Origin: Epithemia pelagica
Lineage: Eukaryota; Protista; Bacillariophyta
NCBI GenBank assembly: GCA_946965045.2
Contig: OX337239.1
Coordinates: forward strand, 1,488,001 to 1,552,000
DNA length: 64,000 nt
Direction of reading: 5' to 3'
Below, in pieces: positions 1-11,475 of the stretch. A program made the translations under genes and the position numbers. The notes beneath the pieces were generated by a model, which was not told where the DNA came from, did no database searches, and saw only the letters and a program-made list of their open reading frames with translations. The first letter of the stretch is position 1. Each line of letters opens with the position of its first letter.

Positions 1-649
1 TGGCCCCGTAAAAGGCGCATCCACCATCCACCAACGAAAAAATCTCACATCCAAGTATTATTCAAAGGGGCTTATCCGTTTGATCGCGCCGGGGGATCGT
101 ACCAAACTGGCCCCCATCCCAAGGGCAATACGATTGCATGGTTTCAAACTTCGTCCCGCGATGCTCTCGAGCGCGACATCTCCGACGAAATGCCGCGCCC
201 GCAGCCACTGCGAGCTCCACCGTATCTTTTCTGCCCCTCACAATTTTGGGAACAACGGTACAACATTGGAATTTTGGATTTCCAGCTTCCAGCATCCAAC
301 TCTCCCAGTGTTCAAGTCAACATGTTACCTCTCTGTTTTGTCATTGTACAAGGCCACATCCTGATTTCAGAATGACTTCAGGGAAAAGGGAATCGATCGC
401 ATTCTTCTTTGGGAGTAAAAGAACGTCGACGTTCGTTTTCATGGGTCGTCGACAAGTCACAAAGAGGCAAATATTATGGAGGTCGTTCAATGTCGTCAAC
501 ACCTTTTCCGTGACCTCGACGTTCGTTGGAAGAGCCACTATTGTCATTTCCATTGACAGGAATGGGACTGAGGGTACTGGACTGGACTGGACTTGTATCG
601 TATCACAGGAAGAGTTGGGTGGAAGACTGTTGAAAGGAGGTTGATATGT

Positions 650-1346
650 CATAGGAGCGACCAATCCACGACCGATCGCAGTGCCATGTGCCATCACGCA
701 AACAGAACCTTCCCCCGCCGAACAACAACGTTATGGTCAATCGTTCGATTCACTTGCCAACGATGCCTCCCAGATTCACCATCACGCTGCCCGGAACAAG
801 TTCACGCATGACACAACAACCACAGCTCTCATCAACACCAACAACCTCCTCCTCCTGCCTTTTTCCATCGACCACCTTGGTGGACTCGGTCATTTTGCCC
901 ACAACTTTTTCTTCGGCGCACCTCCTTGGTACTCCCTCTCCCCCTCCAACCCCCCATCCTGGCCCACCCCACAACTTGGACGCTCCGACCGCTGTCTTCC
1001 TCACACCGATGGTTTTTTGGCATTTAACAACCTCCTCCAATTTGCCCCTTCAAACCTCATCCACACTGCGCAAACTCGCTCCCAACCCACACCAGCCCCC
1101 TTTCAACAGTCTCTCCGACGCCATGCCACCCTCACTCTCGGTCATGCCATCACTACGGCCTTGGCCCAGCACGTTCTCGATGCTCTCTCCACCACGGACC
1201 TCCACCTCTCCCAACGACGAAAAATCAGCCGTATCCAAAAATCTTCTGTTTTCACCGTCTGCCCGGCTACCCGATACTTCCCCCACCCATACAACCCCCA
1301 CGCCGCGTATTCCGTTTCGGACCACCCCACCCACACTCTAGATTAG
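650..1346 (+). mobile_element. Probable 5'-truncated 3' fragment of a CRE-like non-LTR retrotransposon (restriction-like endonuclease tail)
   Basis: C/A-rich tract. The open frame reads PIAVPCAIT...AARNKF...LLLPFSIDHLGGLGHFAHNFFFG, resembling the D-x-T-I...K-x-x-K-Y/F...P-F-x-x-D/E-x-x-G-x-x-G-x-x-A-x-x-F pattern of REL endonucleases in early-branching LINEs. No RT domain upstream. Confidence 0.5.
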
Positions 1347-1437
1347 TCACACCCATAACCTATTCTAGAACACAAACAAAAGTCGAGTCATCAAAACAAA
1401 AAGAGATTAAGAGTGGACAAGAGAGAGAGCGTAAAAA

Positions 1438-1926
1438 GTGAGGATGAAGGTAGTATCGGTACCGTTGATGATCAAGGTGCTGCTCGTATGGCAGCTGGGA
1501 GTGTTTTCCTCTCATGCTTGGATGTTCCCCCTCACTCGCCAGAACATGGTGCAAAAGGCTGCCGTCGTTGCCACTGGCATCTCGGTCGCCATCACCTCGA
1601 CCGTGGCGCCTCTTCCCGTGGACGCCACGTCGTCCGATCCTTTTACCGGCAAGTATGGCGATCCCAAACATCCCAATTGCAAGCGCGAAATAGTAGTTTC
1701 GTCGTCCAATCAAGCTCGTGTTTCGGGAACCGATGGTACTCCGGGGTGTCCTCCCGACGGCAGTGGGAAACCCTGGACCTTGTCGGGTACAGTCGATGGA
1801 CCGACAATTCTGGTGGACTTTTCTCCCAAGGGTGGGCCTGCCAACCTCAAGGGTGTTTATGATACTTCGGATCCCGAAGGTATTCAGTGGCCAGATGGCA
1901 ACAAGTGGGTCAAGCAAGGTCTATAA
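1438..1926 (+). CDS. Conserved algal hypothetical protein, predicted plastid (possibly thylakoid lumen)
   Basis: 162-aa ORF. Signal peptide ends SHA|W (ASAFAP-type), followed by a second hydrophobic stretch ending PVDA. Mature part has F-x-G-K-Y-x-DPKHPNC, VDFSPKGGP and IQWPDGNKW motifs. Confidence 0.75.
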   Translation: MRMKVVSVPLMIKVLLVWQLGVFSSHAWMFPLTRQNMVQKAAVVATGISVAITSTVAPLPVDATSSDPFTGKYGDPKHPNCKREIVVSSSNQARVSGTDGTPGCPPDGSGKPWTLSGTVDGPTILVDFSPKGGPANLKGVYDTSDPEGIQWPDGNKWVKQGL

Positions 1927-2046
1927 TGAGCCTGGCGAATACCAATGGTGTTCTCCCCGCGACGATATGGAATCTTGCTTGCTACAAGTAATTGCTAGCG
2001 TTTCTGCATTCGTCGACTGCATCTACAACTCATCGTAACTCAACAG

Positions 2047-4564
2047 TTATTTCTTACGTCTGTTTTTCCACAACTCCATGAGATCCACATTGCTCATTTT
2101 TTCCGTACCGTCCTCGCTGCCTGTGGAGGAGTTATCCGGAACCTCGTGAAACCGGATTCCGCGAAGTCGACAAATAGCTTGTCCCACCTCGAATCGCCGT
2201 GGTCGATACACAAAGCCAGACATTTGTGCAAGGAATTGTTGTCCATGATGTATGGTTGTGGTCGGTGGTTTCGGGGACAAGGCCAGAATCGGATCCAAAC
2301 CGTCTTGGTCCATTGCTTGATCCAAACGGTCTAGCAGAGCATTCAGACTCAAATGAGGTTGCTGACAGCTTTGTTCCAAAACCCACAAAACTGCCAATCC
2401 ACAACCATAGAGTTGAGGTTTCCTTCCCAACAGTTGTTCACATCGAGACATGTCGATCAGAAATCGGTCATTTCCACACTCGGAATCGTCGTCCAACGTG
2501 GTAGTGTCGTTCTGGTCTGGCACTGTCGTATCAAAGACCAAATTCATTCCATTTCCGCCATCCACAAAGTCAATGGTAGTCGAGTTTCGGACAAATAGCC
2601 TTGCGGTTTCGGTCGTTGGACGACGTGGCAATGGTGTATACTTTTTCGGATCCCAATCCAGTCGATGAACAACACCTCTGCCGGCATATTGGACGTGACC
2701 ATGAGAAAATTGTTTGCTAATGGATCGAGCCTTGGCGGTCGCGTCGTGACACGTATAATTCTGCATCAAGATTACATTGTCTGCCACGTCCAACCAGTCA
2801 CCGACACCGCCGACCACGACAATCGACGAAACACCATGAGTACGAAATAATCCATTCACGCGATACAAAAGTGGAGTGATACTTTCGTCCATTACCAATG
2901 CTCTCATTCGACCATCGCGGGCCATAAAGTTGGCCGCACTAACGTCCTCGTCAATGAGAAAGGAACTGGCTTGGAGTTCCAGTGCTTCCATGACATTGGC
3001 CGCTTGACTGGTCGAACCGGATGCTTCTTCACTGGAAAAATGTTGACAATCACGGCTGCCACCACCACCGCTTCCTGGTGGTATCGGTAAATTGGACAAA
3101 AAGGCGCTAATATTACAGTTGTCAACGTAGCGACCATCCTCCGCACGAATAGTCACTGCATCTTCGACGGTAACACAGAATTCGCGACCATCTCCAGGTA
3201 TCTTGTTGTATACCCCGGTCGCAATGGTACGCAACAAAGTCGACTGCAAGTACCGAGTATAAGGAGGACGAGACAAAAGATTGGAGTGAGAAACGACGCG
3301 AGAAATAATCTCTACGCGAAACACCGACCCTTATACTGCGCACCTTCCCATGATATCCGCCGCCCACTACAAGGCTTACTCCACAAGGGATCCAAAGTCC
3401 TGTCACGCTTACTTGACAGCGTCCGTTCAGGGAGGCATTGACCGCAAGGGTTTGTTGAGACTCTTTCAAATCACCGTTGCTCTTTGTTGCGTCCTTTATG
3501 CCACGTGTTGAAATCATCTCCGAAGGAAGATAAGGTACAAACACTGAGGGTATGGAAACACTGATTGTTCGATGCATGGGACTGCTGTTGCTGTCAGCCC
3601 CTGGAGCCATAAACGGAACGGCTGGTGGACTTGCCATGGGTGCCTGGATTGCTCCGTTTTTGCGGGGAAGAATGGCATGGTTCGCCACAAAGGCCACGGC
3701 TCTGTCGTTCTTCTTGTTTGTGCCATGATCATCCACACGAGGTCCTTTCAACTCTTGTCGAAGGAGATCCTGGACGACAGCGACAGCAATATGAGTCATT
3801 GCGTTGTTGAGGTCAAATTTTGTCTGAATCCAATGACAAAGGATTTCGTTGATTTGAGAGCGAATAGAGTCTTTCTCAAAAGATTCCTGGTGTTGACTAG
3901 ATGTGACGCTTCTTTCGTTTTTATCATTTGGGGCCTTATCACCAAGCCCCAACTTGATGGTCGTTTGAGAATCAGACGTCATATCGAGTGAGGATGCTTG
4001 CGCCCAAATCTCAATTGTATTATTTTCGGAACAAACACAATCACTTCTTTCCAATATATATGGTGTCAGAGAAGATTGTTGCATCGGATTGGGTCTTTGT
4101 CGTCGCCTCGACCGTTGATTGTGGACGGACGACGATGAGCGCTCCATGGTTTGTCCCAAAGGTTCCAGGCGAACTCTCGGCTTATTTTTCGTACCCTCAT
4201 GGTCCATTGGATTTTCTTTGCCTTGGAAATGAGCCCTGAAGATTCGACAAAGATAATCGGCCAACGCTACCCTTCCACATCGACCTGACTGGTTCAAAAT
4301 GGGGCTGAGATTGAAAAGGCGCAGGTCGGCATTTTGTGGTAGAACACCTGCATTTGATTCGTTCTGAACAAAAAGGTTTTGCGCCTCACATGTACATTGC
4401 ACCAAGGACGACACAGTATGGGAAGATCCCAGGTCAGATAATGTATCATGTGCAGTTTCTTCAGGTGTTTTTGCTTCCCTAGACAGGGGTCGACCAAGAG
4501 AAAAAGGGTTTGTGCTTTCGTTGGGTTCTGCGAAGAAAGTCACATCCCACATCTCGCTGGGCAT
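2047..4564 (-). CDS. Predicted ATPase of the ABC class (ABC_ATPase/PF09818-like); at least 2 exons, 5' end uncertain
   Basis: Walker A GGGYHGK|STLLRTIA is rebuilt across a 100-nt GT-AG intron (3244-3343). Family motifs ASGSTSQAAN, FLIDEDVSAANFMARDGRM, ESITPLL, VVGGVGDWLDVAD. An upstream GTGAGT donor near 4680 suggests another exon. Confidence 0.85.
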
Positions 4565-5433
4565 TCGTTGGTTCTATCTTCTGCGTTGCTCAATTTCAAG
4601 CAATGGTCGCTCCAGTTGCGACTCGTCAGATTATTACTCTCCTTTTCTTAAACAACACTTCGTGGAAAATCGTTACTCACAAAGTGCCACTGCCATGACC
4701 GCTCAAAGAAAAGAGTTCTGCTGCCATTGTCGCATGTCGCATGGCGATTCTGACGTTTCAGTCGGACTCCTTGTTCAGTCACGAATCGACGTCGCTATAC
4801 CTTCACCGAAAGATCTCAAATCTTGTCGTGGTCATCATCTCTTTTTGGGAAGAACTTCCGCAATGCCAAGACATTGAACGGAAAGTAACTATCACTCGAC
4901 CAATTGGTTGAAAAATGAGAATGATAGCAGAACCAACTTCCTTGGTGCGGCTACGAACGGGAGGATTGACGTTCGAAGAGATGGGATCTGTGGTGCCCGT
5001 CACGTGGACCCTGAGATGGTGACTGATTTTCATTTCCGCATGTATTGAATACCCGTTCCGGTCACCATTCAGAGATTTCTATCATTGGTGGCCAAACCCA
5101 CGCTCTTTTAAACATAATTCAAGGGACTACGACAAATTACGGTGGATAAATAAATTCCTACTTCTGGTGGTTAATCGCATCCGTAGCTTGGTTAAAGCCA
5201 AACGCCAAAAAGTTGCACATACGACAATGCAGTACCCTGTCGCATTTCCTTCATGTTAGATCAACAATACCTCTTGTTTCCAGTCATTCAACTGGAAAGC
5301 AACTGTACGGAGCCGTGTCTTTCACGAGCGGGACAGCATAAATTCGTAGGCGATGACACGACTTCAACAAAAGGTGGATCCTATTCGAGCGCCTTTTCCG
5401 GTCATATCCTCCAACCATCGCCAATTCGCCAAT

Positions 5434-6840
5434 TCAATTGTCTGGCTTTTCTCCCGACACATGGTGTTCTCCATATTCCTCCTCTGATACGGGGGGCATG
5501 TTTGTTCCACTGGAATTGACTCCGACAGTATTGGGTTTGTGTTGTGGATTGATTGTAGCATGGGGCACACCATGTTGTTGTTGCTGTTGCGCTTTCAACA
5601 GCCGTTGTTGCTCCAGCCACACTTCAATAGTCGTCAACGTATGCTCTCCCACAACAATGGAAATAAGAGTCCCTCCCACGACAAAGCAGGTTCCACCAAC
5701 TCCGACCGCCAGCCACAAAGGCGCCGTTTTGCCAATAAAGTCAGCAACCAAGGTGGAAAACGACAAACCTATCAAACCAAAAAGACCTCGGCGAATGAAA
5801 TTCGCTATCCGCCCATTGCCGTTGTTGTTGTTCGTCGTCATGTGAGGACCTTGGCTCGTACTAGCCGAAGAATCGCGGAGATTTTCGTCTAAAGGGAAAG
5901 GACATGGGTCATCAATACTGGAGGCGGATTTAGTGCTGGAGGTTTGCAAGTGGAACCGCTCTTTACCAGGATGGTAATGCGTCTGACGGAGAGTCAAAAA
6001 CAAAACTTGTAGTTCATGGTGGGACACTGGAACCAATTTGTGTCCGGGAAGCAAGCCATCTTCTAAGAGGAAGGCTTCACCAGCTGTGACTGATTTGGAT
6101 TCTCCGGAATTGGTTTCAATAGTCAACGGAGATAAAGCCACCGCTACCAATGGATGTGTGCCATCCGAGGCGGCATTGGATGCTCGTGTTGAGCTGCTTG
6201 TGGCTGTCCTCCTCCAAGATGTGGTAGGAGTTAAACTGTGTCGAAACGTGGCATCTTTCACCAGGATTGGGGAAGTGGTGGAGCCCGAAACACCGCAATC
6301 CCAATAAGGTAAAGTAAGGGCTTCGTTGTCGATATGTGCGAGCTTATCGGCGGGGTCGATATAAACGCGTGTTGATATTTCAAAGCCTTCCGGTGGAGGA
6401 TGTCTCGGTGGATGTGTCTTGGTCTTGTGAAAGCCAAACGATAAATGAGAGGGCGACGTCTCTGTTGTAGGTTGAATATGCAGGGATGTCGGGTCGGCGG
6501 AAGACACAGTAGCACCAGAGTGGGGTTCAGTAGTTCCAGCAGAACCTCCGCCCCATAATCGCTTGCTGTTGTTCGAACTGGAGGGAGACAAATCCTCACC
6601 GTCATCATCTTCATGGGCGCCGCCAGTAATGCCGCCAACCTTCTCTCCGTCTACTTGTGGGATTCTATCACGACTTGCAGTAGATGAGTGCTCGCCGGAA
6701 CTGGTTTCTTCATCCAAAACAGGATCAGCAACAGTGGCCAAAGTTTCAGTTGCCTCCGTGTCAGCCAATGTGCCAATTCCACCCGCAATCACCAAGAACG
6801 TCACTACCACACCTACGCAGAGAGACGGACGAACAAACAT
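5434..6840 (-). CDS. Hypothetical membrane protein with signal peptide, cupin-like segment and two C-terminal TM helices
   Basis: 468-aa ORF with hydrophobic N-terminus. GESKSVTAGEAFLLEDGLLPGHK resembles the G-D-V-L-L-x-E-D...G-H motif of small cupins. Two hydrophobic helices lie near the C-terminus. Confidence 0.65.
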   Translation of the reverse strand: MFVRPSLCVGVVVTFLVIAGGIGTLADTEATETLATVADPVLDEETSSGEHSSTASRDRIPQVDGEKVGGITGGAHEDDDGEDLSPSSSNNSKRLWGGGSAGTTEPHSGATVSSADPTSLHIQPTTETSPSHLSFGFHKTKTHPPRHPPPEGFEISTRVYIDPADKLAHIDNEALTLPYWDCGVSGSTTSPILVKDATFRHSLTPTTSWRRTATSSSTRASNAASDGTHPLVAVALSPLTIETNSGESKSVTAGEAFLLEDGLLPGHKLVPVSHHELQVLFLTLRQTHYHPGKERFHLQTSSTKSASSIDDPCPFPLDENLRDSSASTSQGPHMTTNNNNGNGRIANFIRRGLFGLIGLSFSTLVADFIGKTAPLWLAVGVGGTCFVVGGTLISIVVGEHTLTTIEVWLEQQRLLKAQQQQQHGVPHATINPQHKPNTVGVNSSGTNMPPVSEEEYGEHHVSGEKPDN

Positions 6841-7470
6841 GGCTGCGTACAGAAATTTTTCCTGGTTTCTCTTCTCAATTCGTCCTATCTTCGTCTTGAT
6901 CTGGTTTCCATGAGTCTAGATCTCAAAAGTTCATCTACAACGGGCACGCAGGTGGTGGTGTCAAGTGTCAAGCAAAAACAGAACTTCCCAGAGTCCCCAC
7001 GAGAAACTCATGTCTATATCCTTATAAATCCCAAGCCTTCGGGGTGTACTGAACGCCACGAAGTAGCTTGCATATCTTCGATTCAACGATGCATCTATCT
7101 CTGATCCCTGTAAGGTTACCCTATACCTCATCAAGCTACTGGTGTTCGGACTTCGAACATGATGTAGATCTCTTTTGTTTCGAATGTCTAAAGGTCAACA
7201 CTCAAGGCAAATGACAATGGTCAAGAAAGCTCATAAGCTATTAAAGACTACGACAACTTTCTGTTTGTACGCTCCCAATAAAACGCCACCTCATCTAACC
7301 AACATACCTTAGATAATACGAAAGTACCTAGAGGTAGAAACTTTGGAAATTGAAAGAATCATAAAATAACTTCTACTAAATAAAACAGCGTTTGCAAAGG
7401 GGCCAAACCTTGAATCGAGGCAGCGATGCTTCGTTCAAAAACATATACCTAGACAAATGCAGAAACCGAA

Positions 7471-10400
7471 TTAGTGGGTGAGTTCGTTCTTTCCGAATCG
7501 GTTGACTTCGGCGGGAAGAGGAGTGGTGTCCTTGACAATAGGAGCGTCTTCCATGTCCTCTTCGTAGTACTTGAGTTCTGTTACATAACCACGGATAGCC
7601 TTCTCGGTTTCCATGACAATCATGACAACAACCATAAACAAGGCGACAATACCCCACTGAGGACCATCCATAGCGTCCATTGTAAAGATGGTGTCATTCA
7701 ATCCAGGAGTGTAGGTAATGAAAACTTGCAACACAGCCATGATGGCATATGAGTACCACGCAAAGGCATTTCCTTTGAAACTACGGGGGTGGATAGCAGA
7801 CTTGCGGGCAAAACGGGCACTGGCAGTGATACTGATGGCTCCGAAGGACAAAGTGTTGAGGGCCTGGGATCGCTTTTCTTCCAAGGTGTAACTCAAGTCT
7901 TCGGCCCAGAAAACAGATCCAACTGTACAGGCAACCAAAGTAATAGTTCCAATGGCAATTCTCAACAACAAGAATCGACCAATCAAACGCTTTCCCACAC
8001 GACGAGGGGGTTGGTCCATAATACCATCCTCGGCAGGTTCCACAGCAGCCACAAAACCAAGAGTCACGGCACAAATCAAGTTACAGTACAACACTTGAAT
8101 AGAAGACAACGGAGTCTCCTCAAGACCAAGCAAAAGACCGAAAAACACAGACATACCCTGGGCGTTGTTGATAGGAGTGTTCACCATCAACACCTTACGA
8201 AGGTTGTCCCACACAACACGACCTTCACGGACAGCACTGACAATGGTGGCAAAGTTATCATCGGCCAAGATCATCTCGGAAGCTTCACGGGCGACGTCAG
8301 TTCCTTCTTTACCCATGGCAACACCCATATCAGCAGCCTTCAAGGCAGGAGCATCGTTCACACCATCTCCAGTCATACCACAAACTTCACCTTCAGCTTG
8401 CAACGCCTTCACAATACGAATCTTGTTCTGAGGAGAGGCACGGGCAAACACATTGTACTTTTGAGCGGCGACCTTCAACTCGTCATCACTCATGGCATCC
8501 AATTCAGGTCCGATAATGGCGTTGGGATGTTGCTTGTCAACCAAACCAAGCATGCCTCCAATCGCAAGGGCGGTATCTCTGTGGTCTCCAGTAATCATGG
8601 CAACACGAACACCAGCACCGTGGGCAATACGGATAGCTTCAACACATTCAGGACGAGGAGGATCCATGATAGCACAAAGACCAACAATTGTCAACCAAGG
8701 TTCACCACGTTCTTGCACAAATTCAGGACCGAGCTGTTCTCCCTGTGTCACAGCGCCCTTTTCAAGAGTTCCACGGGTCAAAGCCAAAACACGAAGACCA
8801 TGGGAAGAGAGGACGGCGATCTGTTCAATCCAGTAGTCCTTGTCACATGGTTCAAGATCTTCTTCCTTGAAGCTTCCATTCTTGGCCTGGTACTTGCACA
8901 AAGGTATCATTCGATCAGGGGCACCCTTCACGTGAACAATCAACTTGTCCATGTAGTCTTCAGTATCATTTTCAGCCACAGGAGCGTGGACTGTTGCCAT
9001 GAACTTGTATTCGGAGCTGAAAGGAACTTCGGCGATAACCGGGGCACTGTCCTTCACAGAAGTAACATCGACGTTTCCAAAGTAGGCGGCACGAAGGATG
9101 GAAAGTTCAGTGGGGTTTCCAATTTCACCCTTGCGACCACCACCTTCTCCAAGTACACATTTCGAGCACAAAATACCACCGCACATGGCCTGACGCAAGA
9201 ATGGAGTATCCGGGCTCTCACCGCCAGTGTATGTGGGTTCGGGGGTTTTGGGAGTGTCCTCTTCCTGTTCGACAGCAACATCGGGTTCAGGGGTAGGAGC
9301 TGGTTCTTCTGCTTCGGGGGCATTGATGGGATGCATGGACTGTGTGATGCCAAAGGGGAAGGTAGTAGTTTTTCCACGACGGCTCTTCCGCTGAGCAGAA
9401 GGTCCCTTTTTAATAATCTCGCTTGCCTTGATGTACTTGGTGTGGTCAGCACGAGTGGCCAAGTAAGAGTTGTCCACCACGAAGTTGAGGGAGGTGCGAT
9501 CCGACGCATTGACATCGAATCGATACCGCTTTTCCGAGGTAACGAAGGCGGTCAAAGTCATCTCGTTCTTTGTGAGGGTACCGGTCTTGTCAGAGCAAAT
9601 AGTGGTCACACTACCCAAAGTCTCCACAGCGGGAAGAGCACGGATAATGGCGTTCTGCTTGGACATATTCTTCACAGCCCAGGCATAAGTCATGGTCACA
9701 ATAGCTTCCAAACCTTCAGGAATCATGGCAACAGCACACACAAGGGCCGTCGTAAGGGCATCAATTCCACTTTCATCAGTGATGAAAAAGGCAACGAACC
9801 AGGTAGCAAGAGCAGTCACAGCAATGAAAACAGCGAGCCACTTCGACACGGTGTCAATCTGTTCCAACACATTCGTCTTCTTCTTCTCAACCTTACTCAC
9901 GAGAGCATTAATAGTACCAATTTCGGTTTCATCACCAGTGGCGATAACGAGACCAACTCCAGCACCTTGAGACACAAGCGTAGCACTGAAGCACATGTTG
10001 TGACGGTCACCAAGAGGAGTTTGGGACGGATCGCCTTCCACTTCAATGGCATCGATGGTCTTATCAATAGGAACGGATTCTCCGGTCAAGGCGGCTTCCA
10101 AGGCCGACAAGTTGGAAACTTCCAACATACGCAAGTCAGCGGGGACACGGTCACCCAAACTGAGCTTGACGAGTTCACCAGGAACAAGTTCATCCGCAGG
10201 AATCTTAACGTCTTTGCTGTCACGGACGACCAAAGCGTCCGAGGACATCATAGCCTTTAGGGCATCAGCGGCCTTCTCGGCAGAACCTTCCTGAATGATA
10301 CCAATGCATGTATTGATACTGAATGAAACATTAAAATTGAGTAAGTTGGTGGGGAAAAGATCAAACACTATGGACATCACCAATGCGACTTACACAATGA

Positions 10401-10722
10401 CGCCGACGATGATACCGACTTGGATGCAATTGGTAACGACGTCTTCACCCGAAGAAGTTGCGGCACGGGCGGCGGACACAACAGCGACAAACACAAGGAT
10501 ACCGACCAACACGTTGGCAACTTGAGCCCAGATACGTTGCAAGAGAGTTGTCTTTTCCTTTTCACTCATCTTGTTGGGCCCGTATTTCGCCAAACGGCTC
10601 GCAGCGTCAGAGCTGGAGAGACCAGTTCGGGGATGGTCATGCTTCAAGCCCAGTTCATCGAAGCACTGTTCGGCAGTACTCGAGTGCCAAGGAAAGATCT
10701 TGGTACGGTCAATGTCGTCCAT
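7471..10722 (-). CDS. Type II P-type cation-transporting ATPase, copy A (exons 10394-10722 and 7471-10318)
   Basis: Motifs TGES, PEGL, DKTGTLT (phosphorylated Asp), [41 protein letters not shown] 75-nt GTAAGT...CAG intron (10319-10393) joins GIIVGVIV|[11 protein letters not shown]. Confidence 0.95.
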
Positions 10723-11281
10723 GATTGCTTCTTCGATGTCGACGGCGAGAGTCTTGGATTCGAAAAAATAATGCGCAAAAGACGCGATGGATGGAAGATT
10801 TGAGTTTGGTGTCGACCTTTCGGACACGTAGACGGATCGGTTTTTGAGTGCATGTAGATTGTCACACCTTCGCAAAGAAGTTCATCTCGGGTGCTCGGAA
10901 CGTCAGCTCATCAGGTTATGAGGCGTACTGAAAAATTTTACTTTGGAATAAAGTATGGTGTTACGGATTACTGGCTTCCGTTTGGCAAGACAAGAACAAA
11001 TTGGTGGTGGGAGCCACTCCCTATCATCTTCTCTTGAAAACTGAATCTTCAGCGCGTGTGCCATGTCAGCGATACTTCACATGGGAAAGATGACTGGGAG
11101 GATTTCTGATGCGGTAAACAACGTATGAATACTTATGGATATTGGCGATAGAATCTACCAATGCCCTTATCAGCGTTACAGTTTGATAAACAAGAATACG
11201 GGTATTTAGAGTCTTTTCGTAGCAGTGCGGTTAAAATCTGCTGTATGTACGGAAGCTTCTGCGTCATAGCGACCGTATCCT

Positions 11282-11289
11282 TGACGTCA
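11282..11289. promoter_or_regulatory. Palindromic TGACGTCA (CRE/bZIP-type) element about 560 nt upstream of ATPase copy A
   Basis: Exact TGACGTCA. A single site can occur by chance; noted because copy B has the same motif at a similar distance. Confidence 0.25.
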
Positions 11290-11442
11290 CGCACATATTC
11301 ATGTCGTGTCCCGGTAACATGGTTTCTGCATGTGCAACGTTGCAGAGGAAATGCAAATTCATGTGTCTGACTCTGACATCTACCACAGGGCAGATGCAGA
11401 AAGATCTGCTTGGGAAGTTTGGAGTCGACAAGGATGGTGAGT

Positions 11443-11475
11443 GTCGACCGTCGAACGTCGAACGTCGACCGTCGA
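11443..11475. repeat. Heptamer tandem array (GTCGA core x5, 7-nt period)
   Basis: gtcgac-cgtcgaa-cgtcgaa-cgtcgac-cgtcga; cores at 11443, 11450, 11457, 11464, 11471. Confidence 0.8.

Noticed and set aside
1-697. Minus-strand frame (ORFs 341-697 and 62-295) interrupted only by TGA
   Set aside because: Only three stops, too few to be informative, and no recognisable protein.
688-1341. 217-aa Pro/Ser/Thr-rich ORF resembling a mucin or cell-wall protein
   Set aside because: Alternative frame of the C-rich retroelement-like tract, with no signal peptide.
7789-10260. 823-aa ORF antisense to pump copy A (and 436/443-aa ORFs antisense to copy B)
   Set aside because: In-register shadow of a codon-biased gene that avoids TTA/CTA/TCA. 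It is broken in copy B where TCA codons occur and has no recognisable motif.
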